Shown here piece after piece: positions 18,067 to 28,503 of a stretch of 48,307 nucleotides of DNA. Under the pieces are notes generated by a model that saw nothing but the letters and a program-made list of their open reading frames with translations, made no database searches and had not been told where the DNA came from. Positions within the stretch are counted from its first letter, which is position 1. The number at the start of each line of letters is the position of its first letter. The DNA lies in the NCBI GenBank assembly GCA_029260675.1, contig JAJDCV010000282.1, positions 1 to 48,307 of the forward strand, read 5' to 3'. The translations under genes and the position numbers were made by a program. Source of the DNA: Phycisphaeraceae bacterium (lineage in GTDB: Bacteria > Planctomycetota > Phycisphaerae > Phycisphaerales > Phycisphaeraceae).

Positions 18067-19134
18067 TCACGGGCCGTCAGCTGTTTCAGCCGGGCCCAAA
18101 CCCTCTGCCGCCGTGCTCTTCTCAAAGGCGTTGCGGTAGGCATTCGATGCCTGCTCATACTCGCCCGCCTGCTGGTGGACCCGGCCCAGGAAGTAGAAGG
18201 CGTCGGCGGGGTCGGGGTTGATTTTCAGGGCCTCGGTCAGCGCGGTGCGAGCCTCGTCGAAACGTTCCAGCGCGACCAGCGCTCGTCCGCGCAGGGTTTG
18301 GATGCGCCAAGGGGGGACCAGGCCGGGCTCGAGCGCATCAAGAACCACCAGGGCCTCGGCGGGCTCGCCGATCATCAGATGGACCTGGGCCAGTGTCAGG
18401 CGGAGTTCAAGGTCGTCGGGGTTGGTGTCCAGCCCGCGTTTTAATTCTTCATGCGCGAGTTTGATCTGACCTTTTTCCAGGAGTCTCTGCGCCAGGTGCA
18501 GGTGGCGTGAGGCGACGTGGTTCGGGGTGCTCCCGACCGTGCCGTTGGTATCCAAGCGTTTCTTGAGTGCTTCGCTGTCGATCGTGCCCCGGGTAAATTC
18601 CAGGTAGGCCCGCATGTCTTTGGTATAGGACTCCCGCAGCCCCGGGAGGCGTGCGATGCGTTCGCCTTGGTCGTTGACGATGACGGTGCTGGGCCAGACG
18701 CGGACCGACATCAGGCCGGACGCTTCGTAATCCGGATCCACCACGACCGGCCAGGGCCACTTTTCCGACCCGGTTAGCTGGGCGGCACCGACCCCCGCGC
18801 CGTGCCCACTGACCACGGCGATGGGCTGCACATCCGCCCCGGTCGCCTCGTCGGTTAAAATCGCACGCAGCTGAGTCATCGCCTCGTCGCTGCGCGCCTG
18901 GTCGGCCATCACGAACAGAACGATGCTGATCTTCCCGGGCGCGGGCACCGAGACGTCTTTGTCGGCGGTGTCGGTCGCCCGCCAGCGGATGGGCTGAGGC
19001 GTTTCCGCCACGTCTTCCTGTCCGTATGCCGTGATGCCGGCGAACAGCGCGGCGAGACACGCGATCACGGGGTACAGCGTTCTCGGGTTGTGATTCGGAT
19101 TGGGTGTGTTGTGTGTCATGTTTGTTGCCCTCAC
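18067..19134 (-). CDS. exported redoxin-fold + TPR protein (no CxxC)
   Basis: Signal peptide; 'VVVDPDYEASGLMSVRVWPSTVIVNDQG' redoxin-like segment; C-terminal TPRs (ALKINPDPADAFYFLG). Confidence 0.8.
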   Translation of the reverse strand: MRATNMTHNTPNPNHNPRTLYPVIACLAALFAGITAYGQEDVAETPQPIRWRATDTADKDVSVPAPGKISIVLFVMADQARSDEAMTQLRAILTDEATGADVQPIAVVSGHGAGVGAAQLTGSEKWPWPVVVDPDYEASGLMSVRVWPSTVIVNDQGERIARLPGLRESYTKDMRAYLEFTRGTIDSEALKKRLDTNGTVGSTPNHVASRHLHLAQRLLEKGQIKLAHEELKRGLDTNPDDLELRLTLAQVHLMIGEPAEALVVLDALEPGLVPPWRIQTLRGRALVALERFDEARTALTEALKINPDPADAFYFLGRVHQQAGEYEQASNAYRNAFEKSTAAEGLGPAETADGP

Positions 19135-20549
19135 TGGGCTTTAGGTTTGTAATCGACGGGCCTGACTCGATCGTAGGCCTTGGGCTTGTGGCATCCCGGC
19201 GAGCAGGAGCCGCCGGTTTCGGTTTGTTTGTAATTGATCGGCAGTTCCCACTTGCCGTAGGGCACAGACTCCCGCAGGTGCAGCGCAAGTGTGCTGGCGT
19301 GGACGCTGTGGCAGGCGCGGCAGCTTCGGCCACGTGGGTCCTTGTTGACGTGCAGGTAGTGCATATTCGTGCGGCCGTTTCGGAAACCGGTGAGCCCCTT
19401 GGCGTCGGGCGTGAGCACCAGCTGCTCGTCGTGACATTCGAAACACAAGCGGTATGACTCGATATCAAACGGCTGGTAGAACGTCGCGGGGTACTCGTCG
19501 ATCAAGAGTTTTGCGAACTCCGAACCGTGGACGTTGTGACAACCCCCGCAGCTCCCCTCGGCGACCGGGCCGTGCTTGATGAGGTCGGGGTCCTTGACTT
19601 CCGAAACCGACGCAACCGCCCTGCCGTCGTCCGTCGTGATGGGCTGATCGTGGCAGGTCAGGCAGAGATCGACGGGCTTGTCTTTCATGAGTTTTGCCAG
19701 GTCGCCGCCGTGGGGCGTGTGGCAGTTGACGCAGCCGCGTTCCTGTGTGACGGCGGAGTGCTGGTGCTTCGCCTCGCTGACGGCCTGCTTGATGTCCTCG
19801 TGGCAGGTCGTGCAAAGCTCGCCCGGGGCCTGCTTGACCAGCATGGGGAAGTCCGTTGCGTGGGCGTTGTGACAACCCAGGCAATCCTCTTGAGCCGGCT
19901 CGTGGACAAACCCGACCTCCGTGAGTTGCTGCCGCATCTCCATGTGGCAGCCGACGCACAACTCCATGCCCGTCTCGATCAACAGCTTGGGGTTCTTGGA
20001 TGCGTGCGGCTCGTGACACATCCCGCATGCCCCGGCGGCGACCGGGCCATGAACAAATTGCTTGTCGCCTACCACGTCCTGATGGCAAGATGCACACAGC
20101 TCGCTCATCGAAGGCTTCTTCAGTGAGTTGCGATCGAACCCGCCGTGGGGGTCGTGGCATCCTGTGCAGTCGCGCGTGACCAGCGGGTCGTGAAGCGTCT
20201 GGGCGTCTTCGACCTCGATCACGTGGCAGAAGGTGCAGGCATCCGCCTTCTCGCGCGCGGGAACGTAGCTGTGGGTTTTGGCGTCGGTGAGTGTGTGGCA
20301 GGCGTCGCAGGCGTTGACGTTTACCGGGCCGTGCAGCACGTCGTGGCGCTTGACGTTCGCGTGACAGTCCGCGGTGACGCAGCTGACCTGCTCGATCTCG
20401 GTGGTGGGCTTGGAGGGGGCTTGGGCAGCCAACTCCCCGGCGTTGGCTGGATCAGATGCGGGGGCCTGGGCGCGGAGCGTGGTCGCGATGCCCGCGAGTC
20501 CGATCGCCACGATCAACAAGAAGGCCGAGGTTAGGTGGTAGTACTTCAT
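19131..20549 (-). CDS. periplasmic 13(+2)-heme cytochrome c
   Basis: 13 CxxCH plus CVTADCH and CSPGCH; paired 'HGPV...CxxCHxPH...LCxxCH' repeats; Sec signal. Confidence 0.93.
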   Translation of the reverse strand: MKYYHLTSAFLLIVAIGLAGIATTLRAQAPASDPANAGELAAQAPSKPTTEIEQVSCVTADCHANVKRHDVLHGPVNVNACDACHTLTDAKTHSYVPAREKADACTFCHVIEVEDAQTLHDPLVTRDCTGCHDPHGGFDRNSLKKPSMSELCASCHQDVVGDKQFVHGPVAAGACGMCHEPHASKNPKLLIETGMELCVGCHMEMRQQLTEVGFVHEPAQEDCLGCHNAHATDFPMLVKQAPGELCTTCHEDIKQAVSEAKHQHSAVTQERGCVNCHTPHGGDLAKLMKDKPVDLCLTCHDQPITTDDGRAVASVSEVKDPDLIKHGPVAEGSCGGCHNVHGSEFAKLLIDEYPATFYQPFDIESYRLCFECHDEQLVLTPDAKGLTGFRNGRTNMHYLHVNKDPRGRSCRACHSVHASTLALHLRESVPYGKWELPINYKQTETGGSCSPGCHKPKAYDRVRPVDYKPKAQ

Positions 20550-22174
20550 GAAGGGTCCCCATCTGTGGAGGTATCGCCGGGCCGGATCGTGGTCGGCGAC
20601 GGGTCAGCCGGTGGCGTTGCCGGGGGTGTCGCCGGGGGTGTCGGCTTGGGTGTCGGCCCACTGGAACGCCGGTAGGTTTTTTGTTCGTGGCATCCCGGTG
20701 AGCACGACCCGCCGTTCTCGGTCTTTGTGAAATTGATGGGCATGGCCCACTGCGAACCCTCGAAAGGCACGTCGGCGGCGATGTGGTCCGGGCGGTCGCT
20801 GCCGTGGATGTCGTGGCAGGCCTTGCAGGTCCGGCCTTTCTTGTCGCGATGGACGTGCAGGTAGTGCAGGTTCTGATCGCCCTCGCGGAAGCCGGTGAGC
20901 TGATCGGTGGTCTCGGTCAGCACCAGGTCGGCGCTGTGGCAGCTGAAGCACAGCGCGTAGTTAGTGAGGTCGAACGAGGCGTAGAAGGTGTCGGGGAAGG
21001 ATTGTCGCAGGAGGCGGGCGTTCTCGCCGCCGTGGACGCTGTGGCAGGCCGCGCAGTCCCCGGCTCGCACGGGCCCGTGCAGGAAACGGCGGTTCAGGGT
21101 CGACTGCATGTCGGCGATGGTCCGGCCGTCGGTCGCCTCGATGGGTTCGTTGTGGCATCGCATGCACAGGTGGTCGGCCCGGTCACGAAGCAGGTTCGGG
21201 CCGGCCGCGGCGTGTGGGTCGTGGCAGTTGGCACAGCCGTCTTCGATAAACAGCGCATCGTGCGATACCGGCTGCGATTTGATGCGCTCGGCCATCTGCT
21301 CGTGACAAGCGAAGCAGCTATCCGCAACCGGGGCGGGTAACTGATACGGGAACGCGCTGGTATGTGCGTCGTGACAACCGGTGCAGTTCTCTTTGGCGGG
21401 CTCGTGGATAAACGGCGAGTTCGCGAGCTTGACCTGGATACCCGTGTGGCAACTGAAACAGTGATCGGGCTGCTCACCCTGGCGCAGCAGGTTGCTTGCG
21501 TTGGCCTCGTGTGGTTGGTGGCAGACGGTGCACTGACCAGAAGCAAACGGGCCGTGGGCGTACTTCTGTAACGGTGTTTCGTGGCACGTCGCGCAGGTTA
21601 GTTCGATGCTCGGCTGTGTCAGCAGAAACTTGGCGTCGGACCGGTGCGGGTCGTGGCAGGCGACACAGCCTGAGTCCTCAATCGCCGCGTGCTGTTGTGT
21701 GCGTGCGCCGAGGACGGGATGGCAGAAGGTGCAGGTCTGGTTGCCGGCTCGTTTCATGGGGTAGACATGGGCACCGGCATCGGGCTCGTGGCAGGACTGG
21801 CAGTTGGCGACCGCAACCGGGCCGTGGACGTGCTTGGCGTTGACCAGGCCGGTGTGGCAGCCGGGCGTGACGCACGAAGCGTCTTCAGGCAGAGCCGTAG
21901 TCGGGCGGGGCAAAGACTCGACGGGGTCGGTCATCTGCAAGGCGTCTATACCGGCGGGGTCAGGGTGTTGGGTTTTAGTTCCGATGGGCGATTCGTAGTG
22001 CCCGGTTGACGCCGCGGCGGGCGCATCGGTCTTGCGTGCCGACCCGTCTGGGTCGCTCGGTTCTTCGTGCCCACAGCCCGAGAGCAATAGAAACAGGCAC
22101 ACACAAAGCAAACCCGGCGCGCATCGCCTCCACCTGCTGGGACCGGCTCGTGATTTAGCCGGGCGTTGGATCAC
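20546..22174 (-). CDS. 13(+2)-heme cytochrome c lipoprotein
   Basis: Lipobox LLSGC; 13 CxxCH plus CVTPGCH and CSPGCH; Pro-rich linker and tail. Confidence 0.93.
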   Translation of the reverse strand: MIQRPAKSRAGPSRWRRCAPGLLCVCLFLLLSGCGHEEPSDPDGSARKTDAPAAASTGHYESPIGTKTQHPDPAGIDALQMTDPVESLPRPTTALPEDASCVTPGCHTGLVNAKHVHGPVAVANCQSCHEPDAGAHVYPMKRAGNQTCTFCHPVLGARTQQHAAIEDSGCVACHDPHRSDAKFLLTQPSIELTCATCHETPLQKYAHGPFASGQCTVCHQPHEANASNLLRQGEQPDHCFSCHTGIQVKLANSPFIHEPAKENCTGCHDAHTSAFPYQLPAPVADSCFACHEQMAERIKSQPVSHDALFIEDGCANCHDPHAAAGPNLLRDRADHLCMRCHNEPIEATDGRTIADMQSTLNRRFLHGPVRAGDCAACHSVHGGENARLLRQSFPDTFYASFDLTNYALCFSCHSADLVLTETTDQLTGFREGDQNLHYLHVHRDKKGRTCKACHDIHGSDRPDHIAADVPFEGSQWAMPINFTKTENGGSCSPGCHEQKTYRRSSGPTPKPTPPATPPATPPADPSPTTIRPGDTSTDGDPS

Positions 22175-23718
22175 GGCTGCGCCTCGCTTGGGGTGGCATC
22201 GATCCGGGGCACGGATTTCAGTGCGTCCAGAGTGTATTTGTAGTTCTCGATCGAGACGTTGAGCAGGGCCGTCGCGTAGGTGACGTTGTGCACGCCGTGA
22301 CCGAGTTCGACCAGGCGGACATTGTGATCCGCGTCGTCCATGAGGCGTTGGAGCTTGAGAAGCTCATCGGGCGGTATCACCGCGGCAGCCAGATCCCCGC
22401 TTGCCAGTATTTGCTGCTGTTTGGTGTATGCCAGGTGCTCGCCGATCGTGTCACGCCACTCTTCGAGCACACCGCTGTAATGACCTTCATGGCAGTAATC
22501 ACAGGAGGCCTGGGCCGCGAGGTAGGTTTGCCCGGTGACCTCGGCGACTTCCTGGCTGAACTCACGCTGCTGGTGGCACGCAACGCAATCGACCTGGGCG
22601 CTATACATCGGGCTGGGCATGTCCGGCACGCCCCGGCCACCGATACCGCTGTACAAATTAGCCGGGCCGTTGTGCGACAGGTCGTGGCACTGGGCACAGC
22701 TGCTCTTCTCCCCGCCGACATGCGGGTCCGGCCCCGCCATCAACCCCCCCGTAGCCGCGAGCCCGGCCGTGAGGTGGTGCACGATCTGCACGTGGCAGCT
22801 GGAGCACTCGACCTTGTGATCGGTGATGTGCGTCTTGTGCATGAAGCTGGTCTCGCCGTAACGGGCAACCTGCGTCGCTTTGTTGTGGCAGGTCCAGCAC
22901 AGCTGCTTGGGCACGGCCCCGTCGCCCGATACCGCGTCGACATGACAGTTTTCACACGTCACACCACGGTCGATGTAGTCTTCGTGATTGAATACCCCTG
23001 TCGCGAGCTTGATCTCCGAAGCCGGTGCTTCGTGGCACGATCGGCATCCGCCCAGCGTCTGGTCGTCGCGCCCGTGTTCCAGGCCTTTGAAATGGCACAG
23101 GAAGCAGGTGTCCAGCGTCACGACCAGGTGCTGACCCTGCACGATCTGGGAGTGGCACGACACGCACCGCAGCTCCTTGCCCCGTCGAAGATCGGTCAGG
23201 TGCGGCGTGTGGTCGAACTTGATCGTGATCTCCGTGCCGCGCTGGGTTTGGATTGGCCAGTCGACTTTGCCTTCGAGCAGGCGTTGGCTGTGGCATTCCT
23301 CACGCATACACGAGCTGTCCCGGACCTCCGCGTGGGGCTTGGAGCCGTAGGTGTTGGTGATGTATTTCACGCCCTGGCTGGAGGCCTGCCACTTGCCTTG
23401 AAGCGTCTTCTCGATCCCCGGCTCGAAGTGGCACAGCACACACGCCACGTCTTTGTGCGTCGAGGTGTGCCAGGCCTGGTAATACGGCTCCATGATGTGA
23501 CATGACCGGCAGAAATCCGGCTGCATCGAGTACTCGGCAAAGCCCAACGACCCGACGACAAATCCCACTAATACCAACAACACCCATCCCCACCGGCTTG
23601 GTACGACGCGCAGCCATCGCCCTTCCCGCCGGCGCAAACCCAGCCACCGCCAGCCACGCAGGCGATGATCGGGAGCCGACACTTCTTCGATAGGACGATC
23701 CGAATTCTCTGCACACAT
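22171..23718 (-). CDS. NapC/NirT-domain membrane-anchored 11(+1)-heme cytochrome c
   Basis: One N-terminal TM, then 'PDFCRSCHIMEPYYQAWHTSTH..VACVLCH' (NapC/NirT/NrfH-type, CxxCHxM); 11 CxxCH plus CMREECH. Confidence 0.88.
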   Translation of the reverse strand: MCAENSDRPIEEVSAPDHRLRGWRWLGLRRREGRWLRVVPSRWGWVLLVLVGFVVGSLGFAEYSMQPDFCRSCHIMEPYYQAWHTSTHKDVACVLCHFEPGIEKTLQGKWQASSQGVKYITNTYGSKPHAEVRDSSCMREECHSQRLLEGKVDWPIQTQRGTEITIKFDHTPHLTDLRRGKELRCVSCHSQIVQGQHLVVTLDTCFLCHFKGLEHGRDDQTLGGCRSCHEAPASEIKLATGVFNHEDYIDRGVTCENCHVDAVSGDGAVPKQLCWTCHNKATQVARYGETSFMHKTHITDHKVECSSCHVQIVHHLTAGLAATGGLMAGPDPHVGGEKSSCAQCHDLSHNGPANLYSGIGGRGVPDMPSPMYSAQVDCVACHQQREFSQEVAEVTGQTYLAAQASCDYCHEGHYSGVLEEWRDTIGEHLAYTKQQQILASGDLAAAVIPPDELLKLQRLMDDADHNVRLVELGHGVHNVTYATALLNVSIENYKYTLDALKSVPRIDATPSEAQP

Positions 23719-23730
23719 AATGGATGACTC

Positions 23731-25926
23731 CTAGATCAAACCAAGCCCCGCCAGGACGATCAACGTGACCATCGCCAGCCCGATCGACATCGCCAATACA
23801 CCTATGACTAAAGAGGCCCTGCGCTGCCAAACCGGTGGCGTCTCCATACGCAGCGACTCCAGTTCGCCCGACTGCCTCAGCTGGCGGTATTCCATCGGCC
23901 GTTCGTGACGCAACTCGTCCTCGTCCACCACCCCGGTGAAGATCACATCATCCACCGGGAACTTCTCCGGGCGCAGATTCGCGTTAAAGAAGTGGATCGT
24001 AAAGATGAACCCCACCGCCAGCAGCGCTTCATACCCGTGCACGATGGTTGCGATGTTGAATCCCCACCCCGGGATGACGATCGAGAACACCGCGGGGAAC
24101 CAGAGCATCAACCCGGTGCCCCCGATGATGAAAGTCCCGACGATCTCGGCCCAGTAGTCGAACTTTTCCCAGTAGGTCCAACGGTCAAGCGCCGGCTTGC
24201 CCTTGCCGGTGAAGAACCAGCGGAACATCCCCAGGCAATCGGAGAAATCCTTGAGCCTGGGCAGGAGGGTGTGCGGGCCGGTGAGGAGTTTACGCGCCGG
24301 TTGCCGGCTGAATCGTTTGTAGATCCCCACGAAATGGATCACGAAATTCAAGCACAGGATGATCGCAAAGAGCCGATGCCAGAGCCCCGCGGCGTACCCC
24401 CCGCCCAGCATCACGGTCAACCCCTTGGCCCATCCCTGGTCGGAGAAGAACAAAGGCATCCCGGTCAGTGTCAGCCCGAAGAAGGTGATCGCGACCAGCG
24501 CGTGGTTCAGCCGGTTGATCTTGCGGAAACGCTTGATCGACTTGCCCTTGGCGGCGGTGTGCAGCTTCGCCTTGCGTGCGGTGTGTCGGCGGCGCTCGAT
24601 CAGCGACCGGATCAGCCACAGCACCGAGTGCACGCCGTAGAACACGAACGTGATGCTCATCAGGATCACGAAGTAGAGCCAGACGCCGTGGAGGATCGGG
24701 AAGTTCTCCCCGTCACGGTAATCGGCGTGCGGCATGAACTGTGCGAACTTGGCGTTGGCGGATTTGTGACAGGATCGGCAGGTGTCCACGAGGTTGTCCG
24801 CGTGAAGCCGGGACATCGGGTCGGCGACCGGCTGGATGTCGTGCGCCCCGTGGCAGTCGCTGCACCGGGCGGCCCGGCTGGAGCCCAGCTCGTTGACCTG
24901 CCCGTGATAACTCATCCGGTAGGTTTCGTAGAGCGAGGCCTTACCCCGCTTGTCGTTGTCGATGCGGTCGTGGCACTGACCGCACTCCCCGATGATGTCA
25001 CGCATAAACCCGGGGGTGGCGGCGTGGGTGATCGCGTGGGAGGCGTGGCAGTCGCTGCAGACCGGGGCGTTGGGGTCGCCTGCCGTGAGCTTTTGGCCGT
25101 GGATGCTGTTGGCGTAGACCTCCTCGATGCCGCGGTGGCATTGGCCGCAGGTTTCGGGGACCTGATTACGATGGATCTTTGAGGCCTCGTCGGCGGCGGG
25201 CCTGATTTCGTGCCCGCCGTGACAGTCGGCGCAGGTCGCGGCGACGATCAGCCCCGCCATCTTCACCGCCCGGCCGTGGACGCTCTGCATGTAGCTCTGA
25301 ACGTATTCGGTCTCATCGTGCCCGTTGGTTGTCTTCTCCTGGTGCTGGCTGTGGCAGCCACCGCAGAGATTGATGACGTTCAGCGGGTAGGTTTTCGACC
25401 GGCGGTCCGAGGACGGGTAGACGTCGTGCCCGCCGTGGCAATCGGCACAGGACGGCGCGCGGACGTCCCCGTCGGCGGCCGCCTCGGCATGGATGCCCCG
25501 GCGGTGTTCGGCCGCGGCCGGCTCGTGACAACTGGCCGTGCAACTGGCCGGCTCGAGTGTCATCGCGTGAGGCAAGACCTCCGCGTCCTGGTGGCAATCC
25601 GTGCATGCCAGCGCGGCGTGCGGGCCGTCCATAAGCGCATCAGGCGGCGTGAAAAGCGTTGGCCGGGATTCGGACTGACGATCCAGCAACATCGGGTCCT
25701 GCGGCGGCGCGACCATCGACCGGCGTTCCGATGGAGACAGGTCGGTGATCCGCCGTTGGCCGTGGCAGTCGTAGCAGCGGTCGTTCTGGGTCTGGGCCTG
25801 GGTCAACCTGACCGCCTGTGCCTGAGGCCAAGGCCCGGTCACCAGGAGAGCAACCATCGCCAGCAGGCCGGACGCGGCTAGACCGGCGGCGGTGGGATTG
25901 CTCGAGATCGGTTTCGGCCTTGGCAT
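23731..25926 (-). CDS. cbcL: CbcL-like fused multiheme cytochrome c / diheme cytochrome b quinol oxidoreductase
   Basis: 10 CxxCH plus CTASCH, followed by a b-type membrane domain (RLNH, LWHR, RWTYWEKFDYWA, VHGYEALLA..FTIHFFN). Confidence 0.85.
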   Translation of the reverse strand: MPRPKPISSNPTAAGLAASGLLAMVALLVTGPWPQAQAVRLTQAQTQNDRCYDCHGQRRITDLSPSERRSMVAPPQDPMLLDRQSESRPTLFTPPDALMDGPHAALACTDCHQDAEVLPHAMTLEPASCTASCHEPAAAEHRRGIHAEAAADGDVRAPSCADCHGGHDVYPSSDRRSKTYPLNVINLCGGCHSQHQEKTTNGHDETEYVQSYMQSVHGRAVKMAGLIVAATCADCHGGHEIRPAADEASKIHRNQVPETCGQCHRGIEEVYANSIHGQKLTAGDPNAPVCSDCHASHAITHAATPGFMRDIIGECGQCHDRIDNDKRGKASLYETYRMSYHGQVNELGSSRAARCSDCHGAHDIQPVADPMSRLHADNLVDTCRSCHKSANAKFAQFMPHADYRDGENFPILHGVWLYFVILMSITFVFYGVHSVLWLIRSLIERRRHTARKAKLHTAAKGKSIKRFRKINRLNHALVAITFFGLTLTGMPLFFSDQGWAKGLTVMLGGGYAAGLWHRLFAIILCLNFVIHFVGIYKRFSRQPARKLLTGPHTLLPRLKDFSDCLGMFRWFFTGKGKPALDRWTYWEKFDYWAEIVGTFIIGGTGLMLWFPAVFSIVIPGWGFNIATIVHGYEALLAVGFIFTIHFFNANLRPEKFPVDDVIFTGVVDEDELRHERPMEYRQLRQSGELESLRMETPPVWQRRASLVIGVLAMSIGLAMVTLIVLAGLGLI

Positions 25927-26010
25927 ACTTGACCCTCGCCGTGGTTGAGCTGCGGTAAGCCAGGTGACATGCGCCCTGGGCGCAAACTTACCGCAATGTA
26001 TGGGTCAGTC

Positions 26011-26027
26011 TGCATACCCCATGCCAA
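26011..26027 (-). promoter_or_regulatory. sigma54 promoter for the cbcL-like operon
   Basis: TTGGCATGGGGTATGCA = GG-N10-GC, about 85 bp upstream of the start. Confidence 0.75.
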
Positions 26028-26074
26028 GCGGCAGCGACTTAAAGCCAGCTATAAACGTATGTTAATCCCGGGCG

Positions 26075-26090
26075 TTCTCATGGTTGAGAA
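26075..26090. promoter_or_regulatory. perfect palindrome TTCTCA-TGGT-TGAGAA (candidate enhancer)
   Basis: Seen directly, about 50 bp upstream of the -24 element. Confidence 0.65.
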
Positions 26091-26177
26091 TGCGTAGGGC
26101 CCCTCGCTCCCGATCGCAAGAGACCGGAAACAGACCTGCGGGTACGCCGCTATGCCATTGTGATGATGGGCGGTGGG

Positions 26178-27137
26178 TTACGCCTGTGTGTGCATAGGGT
26201 CCAGGAAACTGTGTTTGTAATACACCAGCAGCCCCGCAAAACTCAGCAGCAGGCACACCGCCAGCACCCCCATCACCGTCTGCTGCCGGCGCACTTCCCG
26301 CTGGCGCTTGATCAGCTCGTGGGTCTCGGTCGTGTGATCGGTGACTTCCTGGATTTCCGCTGCGAAGTTATCGATCTCGCGCATGTTGAAGCTGTGGAAG
26401 ATCTGCCGGAGCTTGGAGTGGACCTCACCGACGTGGTGATGGAGTTTTTCCAACTCGAGGTTGCGGTACCCCCAGGACTCCAGTTCGTTGTAGAGCTGAC
26501 CCGACTCGCTGATACGCTGCTCGGTCTCGGTCAACGTCTGCTTGATCTGCTTAACCACCGCCATGGTGGAGGCTTCGTGACAGGGGCTGCAACGCCCCGC
26601 CTCGGCCCGGCCTGCGGTATCGATGATCTGGGGCGTCGCGTCGGTGATCTTGTGTGAGCCCTGGCCGTGGCAGTACAGGCAGGTCGGGTCGCCGAAGTCA
26701 CCGTGCGGGCTGCCCAGGTGTTTTTCCTTGATCTGGTCGTGGCACTTGCCGCAGAAGTAGGAGACGCTTCGGCCGGTGGTGTTGCTGACGATGCCGTCCT
26801 GTGAACGCCGCATCGTCAGGAACTCGGGGTTGCGTCGCTGGTGTGCGGCACGCTTCAGGGCGTCGGTGGATTCGAACTGATCCGGGCGGACCGCCGGGTT
26901 GCCCCCGTGACAGCCATCGCACCCGACGTTGGCCTCGTAATGGACGCTGTGCTTCCACTGCAGCTCGACGATCTCGCTGGATCGGCCGGGCAGATCCCGA
27001 TGGCACTGCACGCAGGCGTTGTCGGCATAGCGGTCGGTCGGGGCCGAAGGCTCCGCCGCCGGGGGGGTGGTTTTGTCCGCGGGGCTGGCGAGGGTTAACG
27101 CCGCCACCAGGCAAGCCGACAGGATGGAGCCGGTCAT
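26178..27137 (-). CDS. C-terminally anchored pentaheme cytochrome c (in the cytochrome c1/f position of the Rieske complex)
   Basis: Signal peptide; CVQCH, CDGCH, CGKCH, CLYCH, CSPCH; helical stalk and C-terminal TM. Confidence 0.88.
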   Translation of the reverse strand: MTGSILSACLVAALTLASPADKTTPPAAEPSAPTDRYADNACVQCHRDLPGRSSEIVELQWKHSVHYEANVGCDGCHGGNPAVRPDQFESTDALKRAAHQRRNPEFLTMRRSQDGIVSNTTGRSVSYFCGKCHDQIKEKHLGSPHGDFGDPTCLYCHGQGSHKITDATPQIIDTAGRAEAGRCSPCHEASTMAVVKQIKQTLTETEQRISESGQLYNELESWGYRNLELEKLHHHVGEVHSKLRQIFHSFNMREIDNFAAEIQEVTDHTTETHELIKRQREVRRQQTVMGVLAVCLLLSFAGLLVYYKHSFLDPMHTQA

Positions 27138-27808
27138 AGCTGTGACTCCTTATTATCCTGCGTATCGGGCGAATCTGGGGATAAATCCGGGGGCGGGGGC
27201 GGCGAGTCAAGGATCCGGCGTATGGCCTTGCGCTCGTGGGCGATCATGATGTAGAAGATGACCACCGTCACCGCCGTCATCACGAACAGGAACGGCTGTT
27301 CCAGGAAGTACTCACTGGGCGAAGCGAGTTGCTCGTGCCCGTCCACCATGTGCTCCGGCCAGCCGCCCCAGATCGTCAGGCCCATCAGCACGAAGATAGA
27401 GGCCGTCACCACCAGCCGATACCCCCAGCCCGGCCGACGGTGCGCGCCGCGGCGGTACCAGAACGGCAGCAACAACACCGCCAGCAACACCGGGCCCTGG
27501 CTTAACACGCCCAGGGTCTTACCGCTGATCCCAAACAGCTCCGTGGGCATCAGACGCAGGTGCTGGTAGACCGCCAGGAAATACCACTCGGGTTTGATCC
27601 CCATCGGTGTGGCGCCCTGCGGGTTGGCCGGCTCCTCGACGTGCATCACGCCCTTGAGCCCCGCCATCTCCAGCAGCACCGGCAGTGTCGCCAGCAGCAT
27701 GATCACCGCCAGCGTACACAGCACCACCACGATCATCTTGATGTTCTCGTTGGGCCAGAACGGCTCGAGCTGGTCCGGTCGGTATTGCTTTTTGTAATCA
27801 ACAGCCAT
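27134..27808 (-). CDS. petD: cytochrome b6 subunit IV-like (C-terminal part of split cytochrome b)
   Basis: EPFWPN, PANPQGATPMGIKPEWYFL (PEWY motif), LLLPF. Confidence 0.88.
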   Translation of the reverse strand: MAVDYKKQYRPDQLEPFWPNENIKMIVVVLCTLAVIMLLATLPVLLEMAGLKGVMHVEEPANPQGATPMGIKPEWYFLAVYQHLRLMPTELFGISGKTLGVLSQGPVLLAVLLLPFWYRRGAHRRPGWGYRLVVTASIFVLMGLTIWGGWPEHMVDGHEQLASPSEYFLEQPFLFVMTAVTVVIFYIMIAHERKAIRRILDSPPPPPDLSPDSPDTQDNKESQL

Positions 27809-27834
27809 CGGTCACTCCTGGACTCGTGAGCCTC

Positions 27835-28497
27835 TTACAACGGTCTGGATATCCCGGTTCGGCGGATCATAGCGAAGTGCATAGCCATGAACGCGCTGAT
27901 TGTCGCGGGGATGATCCAGATATGCAGCGCAAAGAAGAATCCCAGCGTCTCGCCGCTGATCGCCTCGCCACGCCTGACCCAGCGGACGATGTCCTCCCCG
28001 ATCACCGGGATCGCGCTGGGGATCTCCGTCCCGACCTTGGCGCCCCAGTAGCTCAGCTGCGTCCAGGGCAGCAGGTACCCGGTGAACGCCAGGATCAGTG
28101 TCAGCATCAGCAGCACCACCCCGCTGACCCAGTGCAGTTCGCGCGGCGAGCGGTAGACCTTGTAGTACGCGATCCGGGCCATGTGCATCAGGACCATCAC
28201 GATCATCAGGTTCGCGCTGACGGTGTGGATCCGCTGCACCAGCCAGCCCATCGAGACGTTGGACTTGATGAAGGTCACGCTGTCCCAGGCGTTGGCCGGG
28301 TCGGGCTTGTAGTACATCAGCAGCAACACGCCGGTGAAGACCTGAACGAGAAAAATCAACAGGGACAGCCCCCCGAAGCACGCCGCCCAACCCAGGGTCT
28401 TGGGGACGCGCTTCTTTGTAACGTTCTTCTCGATCAACGGCGTGAGGTTGTACCGCCGATCGAACCACCCGAAGATTGTTTTGACGATTCGCATCAC
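27835..28497 (-). CDS. petB: cytochrome b6-like (N-terminal part of split cytochrome b)
   Basis: CFGGL (heme ci Cys), RIH..SAN...LMHMAR, FTGYLLPW.Q.SYW, LHIW...MHF.MIRRTGIS.PL. Confidence 0.93.
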   Translation of the reverse strand: MMRIVKTIFGWFDRRYNLTPLIEKNVTKKRVPKTLGWAACFGGLSLLIFLVQVFTGVLLLMYYKPDPANAWDSVTFIKSNVSMGWLVQRIHTVSANLMIVMVLMHMARIAYYKVYRSPRELHWVSGVVLLMLTLILAFTGYLLPWTQLSYWGAKVGTEIPSAIPVIGEDIVRWVRRGEAISGETLGFFFALHIWIIPATISAFMAMHFAMIRRTGISRPL

Positions 28498-28503
28498 GGT
28501 TCC

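Noticed and set aside
19131..22174. Repetitive DNA (gtggca/gtgaca units) as a CRISPR or repeat array
   Set aside because: These encode recurring Cys-His codons of CxxCH; there is no repeat-spacer structure and no cas gene.
22171..23718. NrfH/NrfA nitrite reductase or Nap system
   Set aside because: No CxxCK catalytic cytochrome or molybdoenzyme in the window; the NapC-like domain is extended with extra hemes.
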